A stretch of DNA of 64,000 nt from the human T2T-CHM13v2.0 reference genome, Homo sapiens: assembly GCF_009914755.1 (NCBI RefSeq), contig NC_060932.1, one strand, 5' to 3'. Of the stretch, positions 1 through 12,876 are shown one piece after another. A program made the position numbers and the translations under genes. The stretch's first letter is position 1. Each line of letters starts with the position of its first letter. The notes beneath the pieces were generated by a model, which worked only from the letters and a program-made list of their open reading frames with translations, was not told the origin of the DNA and did not search any database.

Positions 1-745
1 TATTAAAAAATTAACAGTTAATGTTTCAGTCAATGTATTATCTGTAGCATTTCACAAATAATGTTTGCTTTGAACCAAAATGCTCAGTGCCTATCAACAT
101 TTGGACTCAAGCATCAACACCAAATTATTCCTCCCTTCTCGTATAAATAGAGTGACTATCCACAGGAGAAAAGTGTGTGCTTTAGTATTAGAGGAGATAG
201 GCAGAGAAGTCTTGCTTAGTTCCTTCGTGCAGCTTCTTGCCCCTGTTGACGTGGAATGCTGTGTCTGCTTTAGCACGCACGCTCCGAATGACTCCTGGTG
301 CTAGGCCATGCTGGCTGCTGTCACTGAGCGGGACTCAGGCCAAGAGGCGTGACCTCGGGCCAGCCTGTCTGTTGTGCAGACGCCTCCTCTGCAGAACGCA
401 TCAGTTTCTATTCTGCAGTTGCAGAGCCAGCCCCGCGTGAGAACGTGCATAATGAGTGCACACCATCATGTCAAGGTGCATACTTAGTGAGCGCCATCCT
501 GCTGAACGTGTATTTCAGTGTTTCACTTACTGGACGGATAACAAGAAAAAAATCCTAACACAGGCAGTCACCAGAAATAAATGTCTCAGCACTTTACAGA
601 TGACTAAAAATGTTAATTTTATGACTTAGCCAAATATGTTCTAGGTTGCATATATCCCCCATGTGAAAGTGATTTCTTCCCAAGCTTCTCAAACTGTTAG
701 CTGCTGTCTGACTTCATCAATAAAGTATTTTTATTTTAAAATGCA
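1..745 (+). other. ARHGEF10: Distal 3' UTR of the upstream gene (ARHGEF10 by synteny with KBTBD11)
   Basis: AU-rich non-coding sequence with AATAAA at 576-581 and 719-724 and a U/GU-rich element at ~759-773. Gene identity rests on known 8p23.3 order (ARHGEF10-KBTBD11-MYOM2), not on coding sequence in the window. Confidence 0.6.
719..724 (+). promoter_or_regulatory. Polyadenylation signal (distal; a proximal one is at 576-581)
   Basis: AATAAA followed ~35 nt later by cctcttttctgtgtc. Confidence 0.65.
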
Positions 746-964
746 GTAGGATGAGTTGCCTCTTTTCTGTGTCAAGTGGAAAGGGACATCAACCTCGGGG
801 GGCTGGGTGGGGGGCTTGGCCTGCCCGTTCCTAGCTGCATCACCACTTGCTGCTTTGGGGAGACTCCGTGTCTGAATCCCAGCAACGCACCCAACTGCGT
901 GGAGCACCGCGCTCTGAATTGGAAGTAGGCACTGGGAATCTTTCAAGCAACTCATGTACTTGTT

Positions 965-1281
965 CTTTATTTGTTTGAAGAGACAAAGTCTCCCTCTGTC
1001 GCACAGGTTGCAGTGCAGGGGCGTGATCATGGCTCACCATAACCCCCTGGGCTCCCACAGTCACTGCAGTCTCAACCTCCCAGGTTCAAGCAGTTCTCCC
1101 ACCTCAGTCTCCTGAGTAGCTGGGACTACAGATGCACACAACCACACCTAACTCTTTTTTTCTTTTTAACATTTTGTAGAGATGGGGTCTCGCTATGTTG
1201 TCCAGGCTAGTGTCAAACTCCTGACCTCAAGCAGTCCTCGTGTCTGAGCCTCCCAAAGTGCTAAGTTTCCTAGTGTGAGCC
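965..1281 (-). mobile_element. AluJ-type SINE with a short internal insertion
   Basis: Reverse-complement Alu: gagacaaagtctc...tcctgagtagctgggactaca...cctcccaaagtgct. Confidence 0.85.
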
Positions 1282-2305
1282 AGGAGTTGGTTGGCAGAAT
1301 TTTGCCACCCTTCAAGCCTCTGATGGCGGCTCTGATCTCTGCGATTCTTCCAGGAAGGCAGGATGGATTTACTAATTTGGTAGAAAAGGGGAGGGGGGTT
1401 CAGAGGCTTCCAATTGATGTTCCTAATTCAGTGGTTCTGACTTCACAGTCATGCCCAGCCTACACTTGGCCATTCCATTTTGAGTTATGAGTAGAATGAG
1501 TTTCCTGTAAAATGTTCCTATTGTGGGTGTTTTACCAGACCAGGGCCAACACCTTACATGGAGAGATGAAATGGATGTGTAAAGTTAACTTGCTGGGACA
1601 GAAATCTTTCCACACGATTGATGGTGCGGGACATGGACAGAGTGGGGTCTGTGTAACTGACTCCTTAACTCCCTCTGCCCTCCTAGAGAAGAGAGACTTC
1701 CAGAGATCCTGAGAGAGGCAGACGCGGGAGGGCTTTGAGGGAGGAAGAGGTTGGAGAACGTGGGCTACAAAGAACTCCCGCTATGCCAGGACACGGGTTC
1801 TGCTTTCACAGTGAATGAGGAAAACAAGCATATCACCAACAAATGAAGCCGTGCAGACAGGCAAGTGCGTTCTCTAAGCAACAAGCTTCTACTGAGCACC
1901 TGATGAGTGTGAGAGGTGAGGCCAAGCTCTGTCTTAGGCCCTGAGGATGGGACAAGAGAGAAAAAGCCTCCCTTTGGGGTTGCCACTGCCGGTTTATTCC
2001 CCCTCTCCTCTGCAGAGCCCTGGGCTCTTCCTGGACAGGGATTAACCCAGTGACAGCAGGACACTTGGGAGCCCAGGGCCAAATGGCTGCGTCTCCCCCA
2101 GCTTCCGGGCCCCCATCTGCTGGGTAGACCCTCGGTAACTTGATCAACAAGGAGCCTGGCTGGCATCACGATCTCACCTCCTGATGGGGCCCCTGTCCTC
2201 TGGGGCGTGGCCAGGCTTGGTGTTTCATCACAGCAGCCCGAACGGAGACAGGAAGGCACCAAGAGGCATTGCTCAGCAATGAACAAAAACCTGCAGGTCA
2301 TGGTC

Positions 2306-5300
2306 CAAGTCCCACACCTGAGTCAGCTCACAGGCTCGGAGCTCACTGACTGAAGGGGGAGTCAGGTTCACCTGAGGAAGGACCCCACACGTAGGCTGCA
2401 GGTCCCTTTGGTCAATGCTTCCCCAAAGGGACCTGCATGCGTGTGCTGGGAAGACTGCAGTGGTAACGGGAAAGAGCAGACCTTGGAAACTGTCCAGGCT
2501 CTGAGTCGCCGCTGAGCAGACAAGCAGAGCGGCACCTTGGGCTGTAGAGGGGTCTTATGAAAGCCACATGGCGCGTAGAGTTAGGCCCATGTCCGTCTCA
2601 CAAGGGCCTATGGGTCTCCAGGTGTATAATTGGGATGGACAGAGCTGGCAGCTGGCAGAAACCATCACTGGTTCCTTAACCTGTGAAGTCAGAGCCACTG
2701 AATTAGGGACCATCAATTGGAAGGCTCTGAACACCCCTCCCCATTCCTACCAAATTAGTAAATCCATCCTGCCTTCCTGGAGGAATCGCAGAGATCAGAG
2801 CCACTGTCAGAGGCTCAAAGGATGGTGAAATTCCAGTGCCCACCAATTCCCATGTAATTCATGGAACTGGGCACTGCAGACACCAGGCTGTGATGGAAGG
2901 TGGCGGTGGGGTCCTGCAGCGTGACCAGGTAGTCTCTCCAGTCACAGCCGCTGTGACAAATAGCGTCTTTACCAGAACAGATCAGCACAGCTGCCGATTC
3001 AGCAACTGCACTCTTCTCCACACCCTATCCATGGAGAGAAGACAGTTTGTGTTGACTTGGCGAGGACTGCAGTACACTTACTGCCTTGCCCACTGTGCTG
3101 TCAACACTGGCTTTACTATAAGGCCACAGGGTCACTACTGTGTCGATGATCTCATGCTGCCTGGACCTGGGAGAACCCAGGTGACCTAGGAATGCAGGTA
3201 CCTGCCTCAGGCTGGGAGATATCGGAGGCCTGCCACATCATTGAAGCTTCTGGGGTTTCAGCATCTGAGCATGCCCTGATACACCCTATGAGGTAAAGGG
3301 CAAACCATACCCCACGCTCCATGCCATTCTGGGGAGCAGTGACTGGGGGACCTCTGGAGTTTGGACCCAGCATGCACTACACATGGGAAGACTGCTCCAA
3401 CTCATTTCTGGGGAGCCTCTAAGGCTGGCGGTTTTGAATGGGGCCAAGAGCGGGGAAAAGCCTGCTGAGCCACTTCTGCAGCACAGACGCCTTGCCCGGC
3501 CTCATGGTGATGCAGATATGACTATGCTGAGACGTTGCTGTAACAGCACGGCCCACAGAGCTGCGGAGCCAGGCTCTCAGTTATCTCCCGTTTGAAAAAT
3601 GGAGCTTGGGTGGTACTAGGCCCAGTCAAAATTGGGCGCCAGGATCCCTGCAGAGGCCACTGTCTCTGCGCGGGCTGCAGAACAAACCACCATAGACTGG
3701 GCAGCCTCACCACGTTGATTTCTCCCTGTGCTGGAGGCTAAGTCAGATCCGGGTGCCGGCACGGTTGGGTCGTCGGGAGGGCTCCTTCCTGGCCTGCAGC
3801 CAGCCACCTTCTCACCATGTCCTCCCATCGGGGAGAGGAAGCAAGTTCTCTTACAAAGACACGATCCCATCGTGAGGGCCCCACGCTGGTGACCTCATCC
3901 CCTCCCAGAGGCCATCACACTGGGAATTAGGGCCTTGGCATATTAATTTGGGGGGATATGAACCTGCAGCCCAGAACAGATGCCGACTCAGCTAAGCAGC
4001 CCGTGGAATGCTGTCGTGAGATGGGTGAGTTGCAGGCTGGGGTGGACACGATACCTTAGGGACAGCACCGAGCAGGTTCAGAAAGTGAAGTAAAATGCAG
4101 GAAGCAGGTGGCTCTGACCGTGTCCATCGCACTGCCCCACCCACACCCAGCCACATGCAGCAGCCGGCCCCTGGGGGAGCATGGGGACGCTCCTGTCCTT
4201 GCTACATGAACTGTGGCCCTGGCTGTCTCGTCCTATGCGAGGAAGGCCCAGTGGGAAGCTGTGGAGGACACGCCTCTGCACACAACGGCTGCACACAGGG
4301 CACGCAGTCATCCTTTCAGTTGGAAGGAGGATGAGCAAAAGCCTGTGTCTTTGTGTCTGCGTTAATGCCCCCCAGAGAGAAAGCCCCCGACCCCGGGGTG
4401 AGCAGAGTGGTCTGTCTGGGGCTGTTGGCCAGAGTCGGTTTGTGCAATGGGTGTAGGAACACACGGGCCACTGCGGTGGGGTCGTGTGTGGCCCCCCAGC
4501 TCAGCATCGTGGGCTCCCTGGCACCAAGCCTGGCCTTGCTAAGACCCCACCGAGTGTCCAGCCTGCCGGTAACAGAGAGCCTTGTGGCTCCTTCAATTTG
4601 GCATCATTTCCTGGGAAGACCAGCCCAGTACCAGTCAGATTGGTATTGGGCAGGAAACGGTGCTCCCCGCCAGGCCCCTGCGGCCCTGTTTGAGCAGTGC
4701 GCACTCGGGTGGGAAGCCAGTGGCTCCGTCAGCTCCCTGCTCCCATCTGCTCTTTCAAGGGGCCTTGAGAAGAACTGACCGTTGGAGCAGGGCGGTGAAC
4801 TCAGCATCCCCAGCTGCTGTGGGGAGGGACGCACGTGTGCTGCTGTGGACGCGGAGGCCTCTGGTGGCTGAAAACCCCATCATGCTCCCAGGGGTCCCCC
4901 GGTGCCTACCTGACCTCCCGGGCCTGCGTCCGATGGCTTCTGCTGTTTCTAACAAAAATGCACCAAGTTCTGGGCTCCTGGTTAGAAAGTGGCAGAGCTA
5001 CGGCAGGAAACGGAAAGTCCATGCTCTTTGGTTTTCTGTCAGCTGTCAAATCAGAGCTACGAGCTGCCTCCTCCATCTGCAGAGTGAGGGTGACAGGGAC
5101 GACGCAAGGCACGTGTCCCCTCGGGTGCGCTGGCCGCTGCAGCCCCTTCCCCATGATCAGTGCATTTCTGAGCACGGCCCTAGTGATGCGAGGTGTCATT
5201 CACTCCTATCTTGCACACGAGGACACCACGGCTCCGTGTGTGGGAGTCTCGCCACGGGCTACTTGGCCAGGGGCGGTAGGAGCTGCTCTCCTGCTGGGTG

Positions 5301-5710
5301 GAGCAGCCTGGCTCTGTGGCACGTGGCCGCTCTCATTACCAGAATTGACCCGAGTCAGGATGACAGGGTTGGGATTACAGAGTAAAGGGGCAGTGAGACA
5401 GGCCCTGGAAAGCTGTAGGCTCAGCCAGGGCCCATAACCGCACGGCCTGGAGCCCGGCCTGGACACGCAGCAAACAAACAAAAGGGCTGGAAGCAGAAAC
5501 CAAACAAAAGCTGCCCACAGGAATCCGTGCCCTGGTGCCATCCGGGGGCTCTTCCCTCCGGCGTATTGTAAACGGTGGTGACAAAGCCCGGCTTGCTGGC
5601 TGGAAAGCTGCCCTCCAGTCCCAAAGAGCCGGCAGCCTCTGAGATCCAGAGGGTTCTGTACATTCCGGTTCTAAGCGGGCACCCTGTGTAGATGGCACAT
5701 GGCCAAGGGT
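2306..5710 (+). mobile_element. Degraded ERV-L internal region (gag end, protease, RT, RNase H, integrase, dUTPase)
   Basis: Colinear translated fragments matching recalled HERV-L motifs: QVPHLSQLTGSELTD*RGSQVHLRKDP (TGA 2351-2353), LPQRDL, CIIGMDRAGSWQ, GSLTCEVRA, PGGIAEIRAT, QVVSPVTAAV, RQFVLTWRGLQYT, HYCVDDLMLPGP, TSLKLLGFQ, KAGGFEWGQE, SYLPFEK, AQHRGLPGTK, ECPAC, GIISWEDQP, TRIDPSQDD. Purine tract ggccaagggtgg at ~5701-5712. Confidence 0.85.
3660..3979 (-). mobile_element. MLT1A-type MaLR LTR inserted into the ERV-L pol fossil
   Basis: accatagactgggcagcct...ctggaggct...ccatcacactgggaattagggc...tttgggggg pattern of a reversed MLT1A; pol homology resumes after it. Confidence 0.7.
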
Positions 5711-6208
5711 GGCAGAACCGCCTTTTCCAAGGATAAAGAAGAGACGGGGCCATTTTGCAGGCTTCTAGAATGATGCTTGACCATCGATGACAAAAGCCTA
5801 GAGCTCTGTGGTGGAGGTAGGGGTGTGTGGAGGGCGCTGGGGTAGGGCAGGCCTGCGATGCGGAGGAGGCACCTGTGTGTGCCGTTGGCCCCCAGTCTCT
5901 GTCCTGCCCTGCTGGGCCTCTGGGACAGGGTCTTTGGACACAGTGCTGGAGGCAGGCTCAAATGCCATGGTGCAAGAATCAGGGTGACCCAGAAGGCACC
6001 TTTCCCCTCGACACCCACAGGCTTGCCCAGAGTCCAACCCCTTGGATTGTGGGTGCGAGGCACAGGCTCAAGAAGCAAAGTGGAGAGAAAGTAAAGTGGG
6101 GGCTACTCTTGTTAGCAATGAGGGGCTTGCGTTTATTTTCTTCTGCTCATGAAAAAAATAATTGCTTTTTTGGTGCTAACATACAAGAGTCCCGTTCCAT
6201 CTCCAGTT

Positions 6209-6418
6209 CAGTGGGTCTCACCCAGGGCAATTTCCACCTTCCACCACCCCCTAGGAGACATTCGGCAATGTTGGGAGACACCTTGGTGGTCAATACAGGG
6301 AGAGGTCAGGGAAAGGGTGGGCGCCAGGCTTCCACGTGCAGAGACCACGGACACCCCAAGCATCCTGCAGTGCCCGAACAGCCCCAGACGCCGATGGCAC
6401 AGAGGCTGGAAGACCCTG
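6209..6418 (+). mobile_element. MER20 (hAT-Charlie) DNA transposon fossil
   Basis: cagtgggtctca...gacattcggcaatgttgggagaca...catcctgcagtgc...agaccctg. Confidence 0.7.
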
Positions 6419-7569
6419 GTCGGTCGGTTAAGTAAGGGACGATTCATCTTCACCATCTTCCACCCAATCAAAAATCAACGGCTTGGTTTCCCTTTTGTTG
6501 CCAGCATGTGGGGTCCTGGTCTGGTCTCTAACGTCCCCCCTGTTCTCACTGTGCCTGTCTCATTTCGGCACTGTTGGTCTATTTTGAATTTTTAAAAGTT
6601 TCTTCTTTAGGTCATGAAATGGAATTCTCATACAGGCTAGCAGGAGTTAGCAGTGCCAATTAGCCCATATGTGAACACTCTTCCATTCATTCATCTCTAA
6701 GCCAAACCCAACAGTACATTCACAGCCTAAAGGGATCTGGATCCATACTCAGCCGAGACAGAAAGAACAATTTCTGGTGGCAGGAGACATTTTAGTTTAC
6801 CTTATTTTGAGCAAATTCAACATATGTACATCTGGCTCGCACAAGCAGTAAATTTGGGCTTGGTTTTTCACATATTCAAAGTTTACAACAGACCCCTCTT
6901 GATTTTCTGGAGGAGGTGCAGGCTTTAGATGGGAACTCTTCACCCAGGTTCCAGGATCTGTGGGTCCACGGTTGCCCACCGGGTTGTGAGCTCCAGGGAC
7001 AGGCGTGCCCACGGCTGCCTCCCCGTGTGACCAGAATCACTCAATGCTGCTGTCCTGGGGCCCGAAGATCGCGTTTGCCATTCTGGAACTTTTATTCATC
7101 TCGCTTTTCAGAAACACAAATGACGGATGAAGCACACAGGCCCTGAAACCCAAACGTTAACTTGGACTTAGAGCTGCTTGAGCTAGTTACTTCACATCTG
7201 TTTCAACGGAGCCAGTAGGAGCTGCCTCACACAGCTAGTAGGAGATGTGAATGAATCAGGCATGGGAAGGTGTCTGCGTGTCACCCATGGTCGGTAGGTA
7301 GGAGCTCTTACGTAGTAACAGTTTCCCCCAAACTCCATCTCAGTCATGCATCCCTATGGGCCGCGATTGCTTCGATTATCCCATAATTTCCTCACTCCTG
7401 ACTTAGATGGTTTCGATTTTTCAACAAACGTGTACTGCTTGCTTGCAGTGGGTCGGCTCTGAGCAGCGGTTGGAGCTTGGAGGGGAGCAGGGCCTGCTGG
7501 GCCCTGACCCGAGATGCAGTCCCGTCCGTGGTGTTCTGCTTCCTCCCTAACACCTCTCTGCAGTGTCCT

Positions 7570-7800
7570 GCGGCTGGGCAGCGGCCCCCTCATGGATGTC
7601 CATGTCCTCATTCCTGGATACAGTGGATATGTGGCCTTATGTGGCAAAGGGACTTTGCAGGTGCGGCTGAGCTCAGGATCCTGAGATGAATAGATGACCC
7701 TGGACTATCTGGGCTGGCCCAGCCTGATCAGAGGGGTCTGTTTAAGAAGGAGGCAGAGACGGAGAAGGAGATGTGAAAATGGAAGCAGAGGAGAAAGAGA
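7570..7800 (+). mobile_element. MLT1D-type LTR, 5' part
   Basis: gatgtccatgtcctcattcctgga...ggcaaagggactttgcag...gagaaggagatgtga...ggaagcagagg. Confidence 0.75.
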
Positions 7801-9329
7801 CACAATCCTCCAGGCCAGACAGAGCCACCTGCCTGCCGCCGCTCACCTTCCTCAGCATGTGCTTTGGTTCAAGAGTTACCTGAGAGCTGTCCATTCCAAC
7901 AGGCGCCCCCAACACTGCCCACCACCGCTCCAGGTCTGTGGTTCCCTAGGATCCAGAGTCCCTTTCCTGTCTCAGCTCTGTCTGGTGGGACCCCGGTACG
8001 GCAGGCGACTTCTCTGGAGACTCTCTGGTGTGTTAAAATTTGGACACAGGAGTTCTGATCGCAGCAGGGTCCTGCTGGAAGGTGCAGAGGCCAAAGCAGT
8101 TTGAGGATTGCAGGTCCTTTCCAGCAAAGAACCCACTGAAGCTGGGGACTGCTGAGCAGCTGGGGCTGCCCAGAAGGAGGGCAAAGCCATCTGAGGAAAC
8201 GCCCAGGGCAGAAGGTCCTGCCAACCCCCCTCTGACCCGGTCTCCTCCGAGTCCTCTCCTCTGTGGCTCCCAGAGCTCCCTGCAGGCTCCCGCCTGGGAT
8301 GCCAGGAACAGGGGCTCTCAGGATGGTGTGGGGGCTTCAGGGCTGCAGGGACCACAGAACCAGGTGGAGCTGGGAGAGGCTCTGTGGTCAGCCCCCCACT
8401 CTCCTCACTTCCCACGCCTCCTGCTGCAGAAGACACCCTTGGAGCTGGGGGAGGGGCAGCCGGGGAGGAAGGTCGGGTCTGACCACTCCCTGTGACCCAG
8501 CCCCATGCAGCTGCACAGGCGGCTGACCTACCTCCCAGGGCGCCCGAGCAGAAGCTCTGCAGCTGATCAGTGTCCCGCACCCCCCTAAGTACACAACCCC
8601 GTGCATCCCCACATCCCGAAAGGCCTGGGTGTTACACAGGGAGGCCATCCGAGTTTCACTGTTAGTGTTTTTTAAAGTGATTTCCTGGCATCCTACAAAC
8701 AGTAGCATTTTAATCCCAGACAGCAGCCGGAAGGAGCGATTCGTCATCCTGGTCAGAAGACATCGAGGTCTATTTGGCTGAGCACTTAGATATCCTCTTA
8801 TATTGATGGAAATAGTTTAGAGCCATTTTCAAACATTTATACCCCACAAGTACTTTTTCCCAAGTGTATTGCCTAATTCGGCCGGAAGACTTTGTTTGGA
8901 AAAACTGAGTCTGGGAAGCACTCCAGCTGCGCCCACCTGGCACGGTGAGGCCTTTGCCAGGACACGGATTCGCATTGCGTTTCTCCGGGACCAGCCAATT
9001 GCTCAGTCATTACCCGGTGACCCTTAGCTATGCAGCTCAAAGTGTGACAATTGTGGGCCATGAACCCTCCAGGAAGGACCAACATCGCCACCAGTACTAA
9101 AACTAAAACCAGTGTTTAGAAAGTTGTGTACCAGTTTGACAGCGTGATTTTGCACCTGTTTAACCTAAGGTAATGGTTTTGTATTTTGTATGTCTTTTAC
9201 AATTTTTATTTGTATTGCAAATTGAAATGCTGTCTGTCTATAAAGGATTGAAAACTTTAAAATCATAAACTGACATGTCACTCCCAATAGCGTGGAAAGC
9301 CCTGCCTGTATGGAAGAGACACAAAACCC

Positions 9330-9811
9330 TGGGATGAGCGTCCTGGCACTGCTGTGACACAGTACCACACGCGGGGGGACGGGGGAAGGGGTGCTGAAAA
9401 CCACAGAGGTGGATTCTCCGCAGTTCTGGAGGCCAGACACTGACGATCAAGACGTCAGCAGGGCCACGCTCCCTCAAAGGATCTGGGGAGCAGGCTTCCC
9501 ATCTCTTCCAGCTGCCAGTGTGGACAGGAACCCTCCCCACTTTCTGTGGCTGGCAGGTCATCGCTGCAATCCCCGCCTACCCGCACCCCCCTCCTCCCTG
9601 GGCACCCCCACATCATCTTCTTTCTGTGTGTGTCTCTGTGTCTGAATTTCCACTTCTTTCCACTCATGCTGGATGAGGGCCTGCCCTAACGAACTCACAC
9701 TAACGCAATCACCTCTAAAAAAGCCTCTTTCCAAATACAGTCACCTTCCAAGGGACGAGGCTTAGGTCTTCAACGGATGTTGTTCTTCAGGACACGATTC
9801 AACCCTTAACA
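9330..9811 (-). mobile_element. MLT1C-type LTR
   Basis: cagttctggaggccaga...gtcagcagggccacgctccctc...tttccaaatacagtcac...ggacacgattcaacccttaaca. Confidence 0.75.
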
Positions 9812-10469
9812 ATCTTTAAACTGTGGCTCACAATAATGTGTTATTTGGCAGATGGTCCTACTGGATTTATACGTTTGAGGATGTATTACTTATACCTATT
9901 CTAAGTAACTAGTGGCTTGAAAATGAAATCTGTTTGCAGTCACTGTATTACCAGCAGTGGGATCAGGAACACCACAGATACACTTTTACTCGGGTTTTTG
10001 TCTTGTTGAGCCTTGCACAGCATCAAAGCTATGGCTAATACTCTTTTCTAGTGATAGCAGCATGGTTTAGAACTGATTTATGGGACAACAGGACACACCC
10101 TTGCGGAGGTCCTGCCTCGCTGGCAGGATGGCCAACCCTGGCCGCATCCCAGTTCCTGGGCTGTACCAGCCACAGGCCACCTCCTGCTGCTGACGTCGAA
10201 CTCGGGGTTCCTGCCATCTCGGGCGACCCAGACAAGTTCAAGAGGATGCACGCTGGGACATTTACACTCTAAGGATAACTTTCAAATCATAGCACGAAAT
10301 ATTTTCAGGATTGGTATGGAAACCCATGGGGTGAAATTAAGCTATAGGAGGTGCTGGGATGCCAGTTTTAGTTATTTTTAGCATACAGATTCCTGCTGTA
10401 CGAAGCACGTCCTGTAGCACAGACCTGCTCACCCCTCTGGACAGCAGTTCTCCTTGGCGACTGCTGTAA

Positions 10470-10600
10470 ACAAGGGCCCTGAGTTAGGATCTGAGCCCTA
10501 GCTCCGCCTCACGGAAAAGGCGTGCCCCTGAATGAGTTAGGCAGACCTCTTCGAATGTTAAGTTTCCTCAACTGAGAAATGGAAATAGTCGCTACCACCT
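10470..10600 (+). mobile_element. MIR fragment
   Basis: Core-like agtttcctcaactgagaaatggaaatagt. Confidence 0.45.
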
Positions 10601-10717
10601 GTTATTTTTGGAACCGTAGATAGACCACATATAGATATACCATGAATATTTATGTGGAAATTGTAGATAACTTGTTTTAACATTATTAAAAGATACCTTG
10701 AAAAAAATACATTTTGT

Positions 10718-11376
10718 ATGTTTCAGATTTAAAACATCTATTTTACATGTTTCAGATTTAAAACATCTATTTTACTTGTTTCAGATTTAAAACATCTATT
10801 TTACATGTTTCAGATTTAAAACATCTATTTTACATGTTTCAGATTTAAAACATCTATTTTACATGTTTCAGATTTAAAACATCTATTTTACATGTTTCAG
10901 ATTTAAAACATCTATTTTACATGTTTCAGATTTAAAACATCTATTTTACATGTTTCAGATTTAAAACATCTATTTTACATGTTTCAGATTTAAAACATCT
11001 ATTTTACATGTTTCAGATTTAAAACATCTATTTTACATGTTTCAGATTTAAAACATCTATTTTACATGTTTCAGATTTAAAACATCTATTTTACATGTTT
11101 CAGATTTAAAACATCTATTTTACATGTTTCAGATTTAAAACATCTATTTTACATGTTTCAGATTTAAAACATCTATTTTACATGTTTCAGATTTAAAACA
11201 TCTATTTTACATGTTTCAGATTTAAAACATCTATTTTACATGTTTCAGATTTAAAACATCTATTTTACATGTTTCAGATTTAAAACATCTATTTTACATG
11301 TTTCAGATTTAAAACATCTATTTTACATGTTTCAGATTTAAAACATATATTTTATATGTTTTAGATTTAAAACATA
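10718..11376. repeat. 29-bp AT-rich minisatellite, ~22.7 near-identical copies
   Basis: Unit atgtttcagatttaaaacatctattttac at exact 29-bp period. Confidence 0.97.
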
Positions 11377-12522
11377 AATTTATATATAAAATATATATTT
11401 ATAAATTTATATATAAAATATATATTTATAAATTTATATATAAAATATATATTTATAAATTTATATATAAAATATATATTTATAAATTTATATATAAAAT
11501 CTATATTTATAAATTTATATATAAAATCTATATTTATAAATTTATATATAAAATCTATATTTATAAATTTATATAAAATCTATATTTATAAATTTATATA
11601 TAAAATCTATATTTATAAATTTTATATGGAAAATGTATATTTATAAATTTTATATGGAAAATGTATATTTATAAATTTTATATGGAAAATGTATATTTAT
11701 AAATTTTATATGGAAAATGTATATTTATAAATTTTATATGGAAAATGTATATTTATAAATTTTATATGGAAAATGTATATTTATAAATATATTATATATT
11801 ATATATAATAAAATATATATAAAATATATTTTTATATTATGTAATATATATTTTTATATTTTATATATAAATATATATTTTATATTTTATATATAATATA
11901 TATTTTATATTTTATATATAATATATATTTATATATTTATATATATATTTATATATATTTATATATTTATAGATTTTATAAATAATAAAATCTATAAATC
12001 TATAAATCTATAAATATATATAAATCTATAAATATATATAAATATATAAATATATAAATATATACATATATAAATATATGAATATATAAAATATATAAAT
12101 ATATAAATATATAAATATATATAAATAAATATATAAATATATACAAATATATAAATAAATATATAAATATATAAATATAAATATATATTTATAGATATAT
12201 AGATTTTATGTTTAAAATATATATTTTATAGATTTTATATTTAAAATATATATTTATAGATTTTATATTTAAAAATATATTTTATATATTTTATACATAA
12301 AATATATATAAAATATATAAATCATATAAAATTTATATTTTATGTATAAATATAAATGAATATAAAAATATATTATATGTTATATATTATATATTATTAT
12401 GTTATATATTATATATTATTATATTATATATATTATAATATGTATTATATTATATATTATATAATATAAAATATAAAAAATATAACATAAAATTTATATT
12501 TAAAATACATAAATATATATAT
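11377..12522. repeat. Nearly pure AT tract: 27-bp and 28-bp sub-arrays grading into (TA)n-like low complexity
   Basis: ataaatttatatataaaatatatattt (27 bp) to ~11600; ttttatatggaaaatgtatatttataaa (28 bp, ~6x) to ~11785; then degenerate TA repeats abutting an Alu tail. Confidence 0.95.

Positions 12523-12876
<354 letters not shown>

Noticed and set aside
1290-2300. Possible ERV-L gag remnants (VEKGRGVQRL)
   Set aside because: A single weak motif; could not establish colinearity by eye
10718-11376. Regular 29-bp palindromic repeats superficially like a CRISPR array
   Set aside because: No unique spacers, no cas genes, primate context; it is a minisatellite
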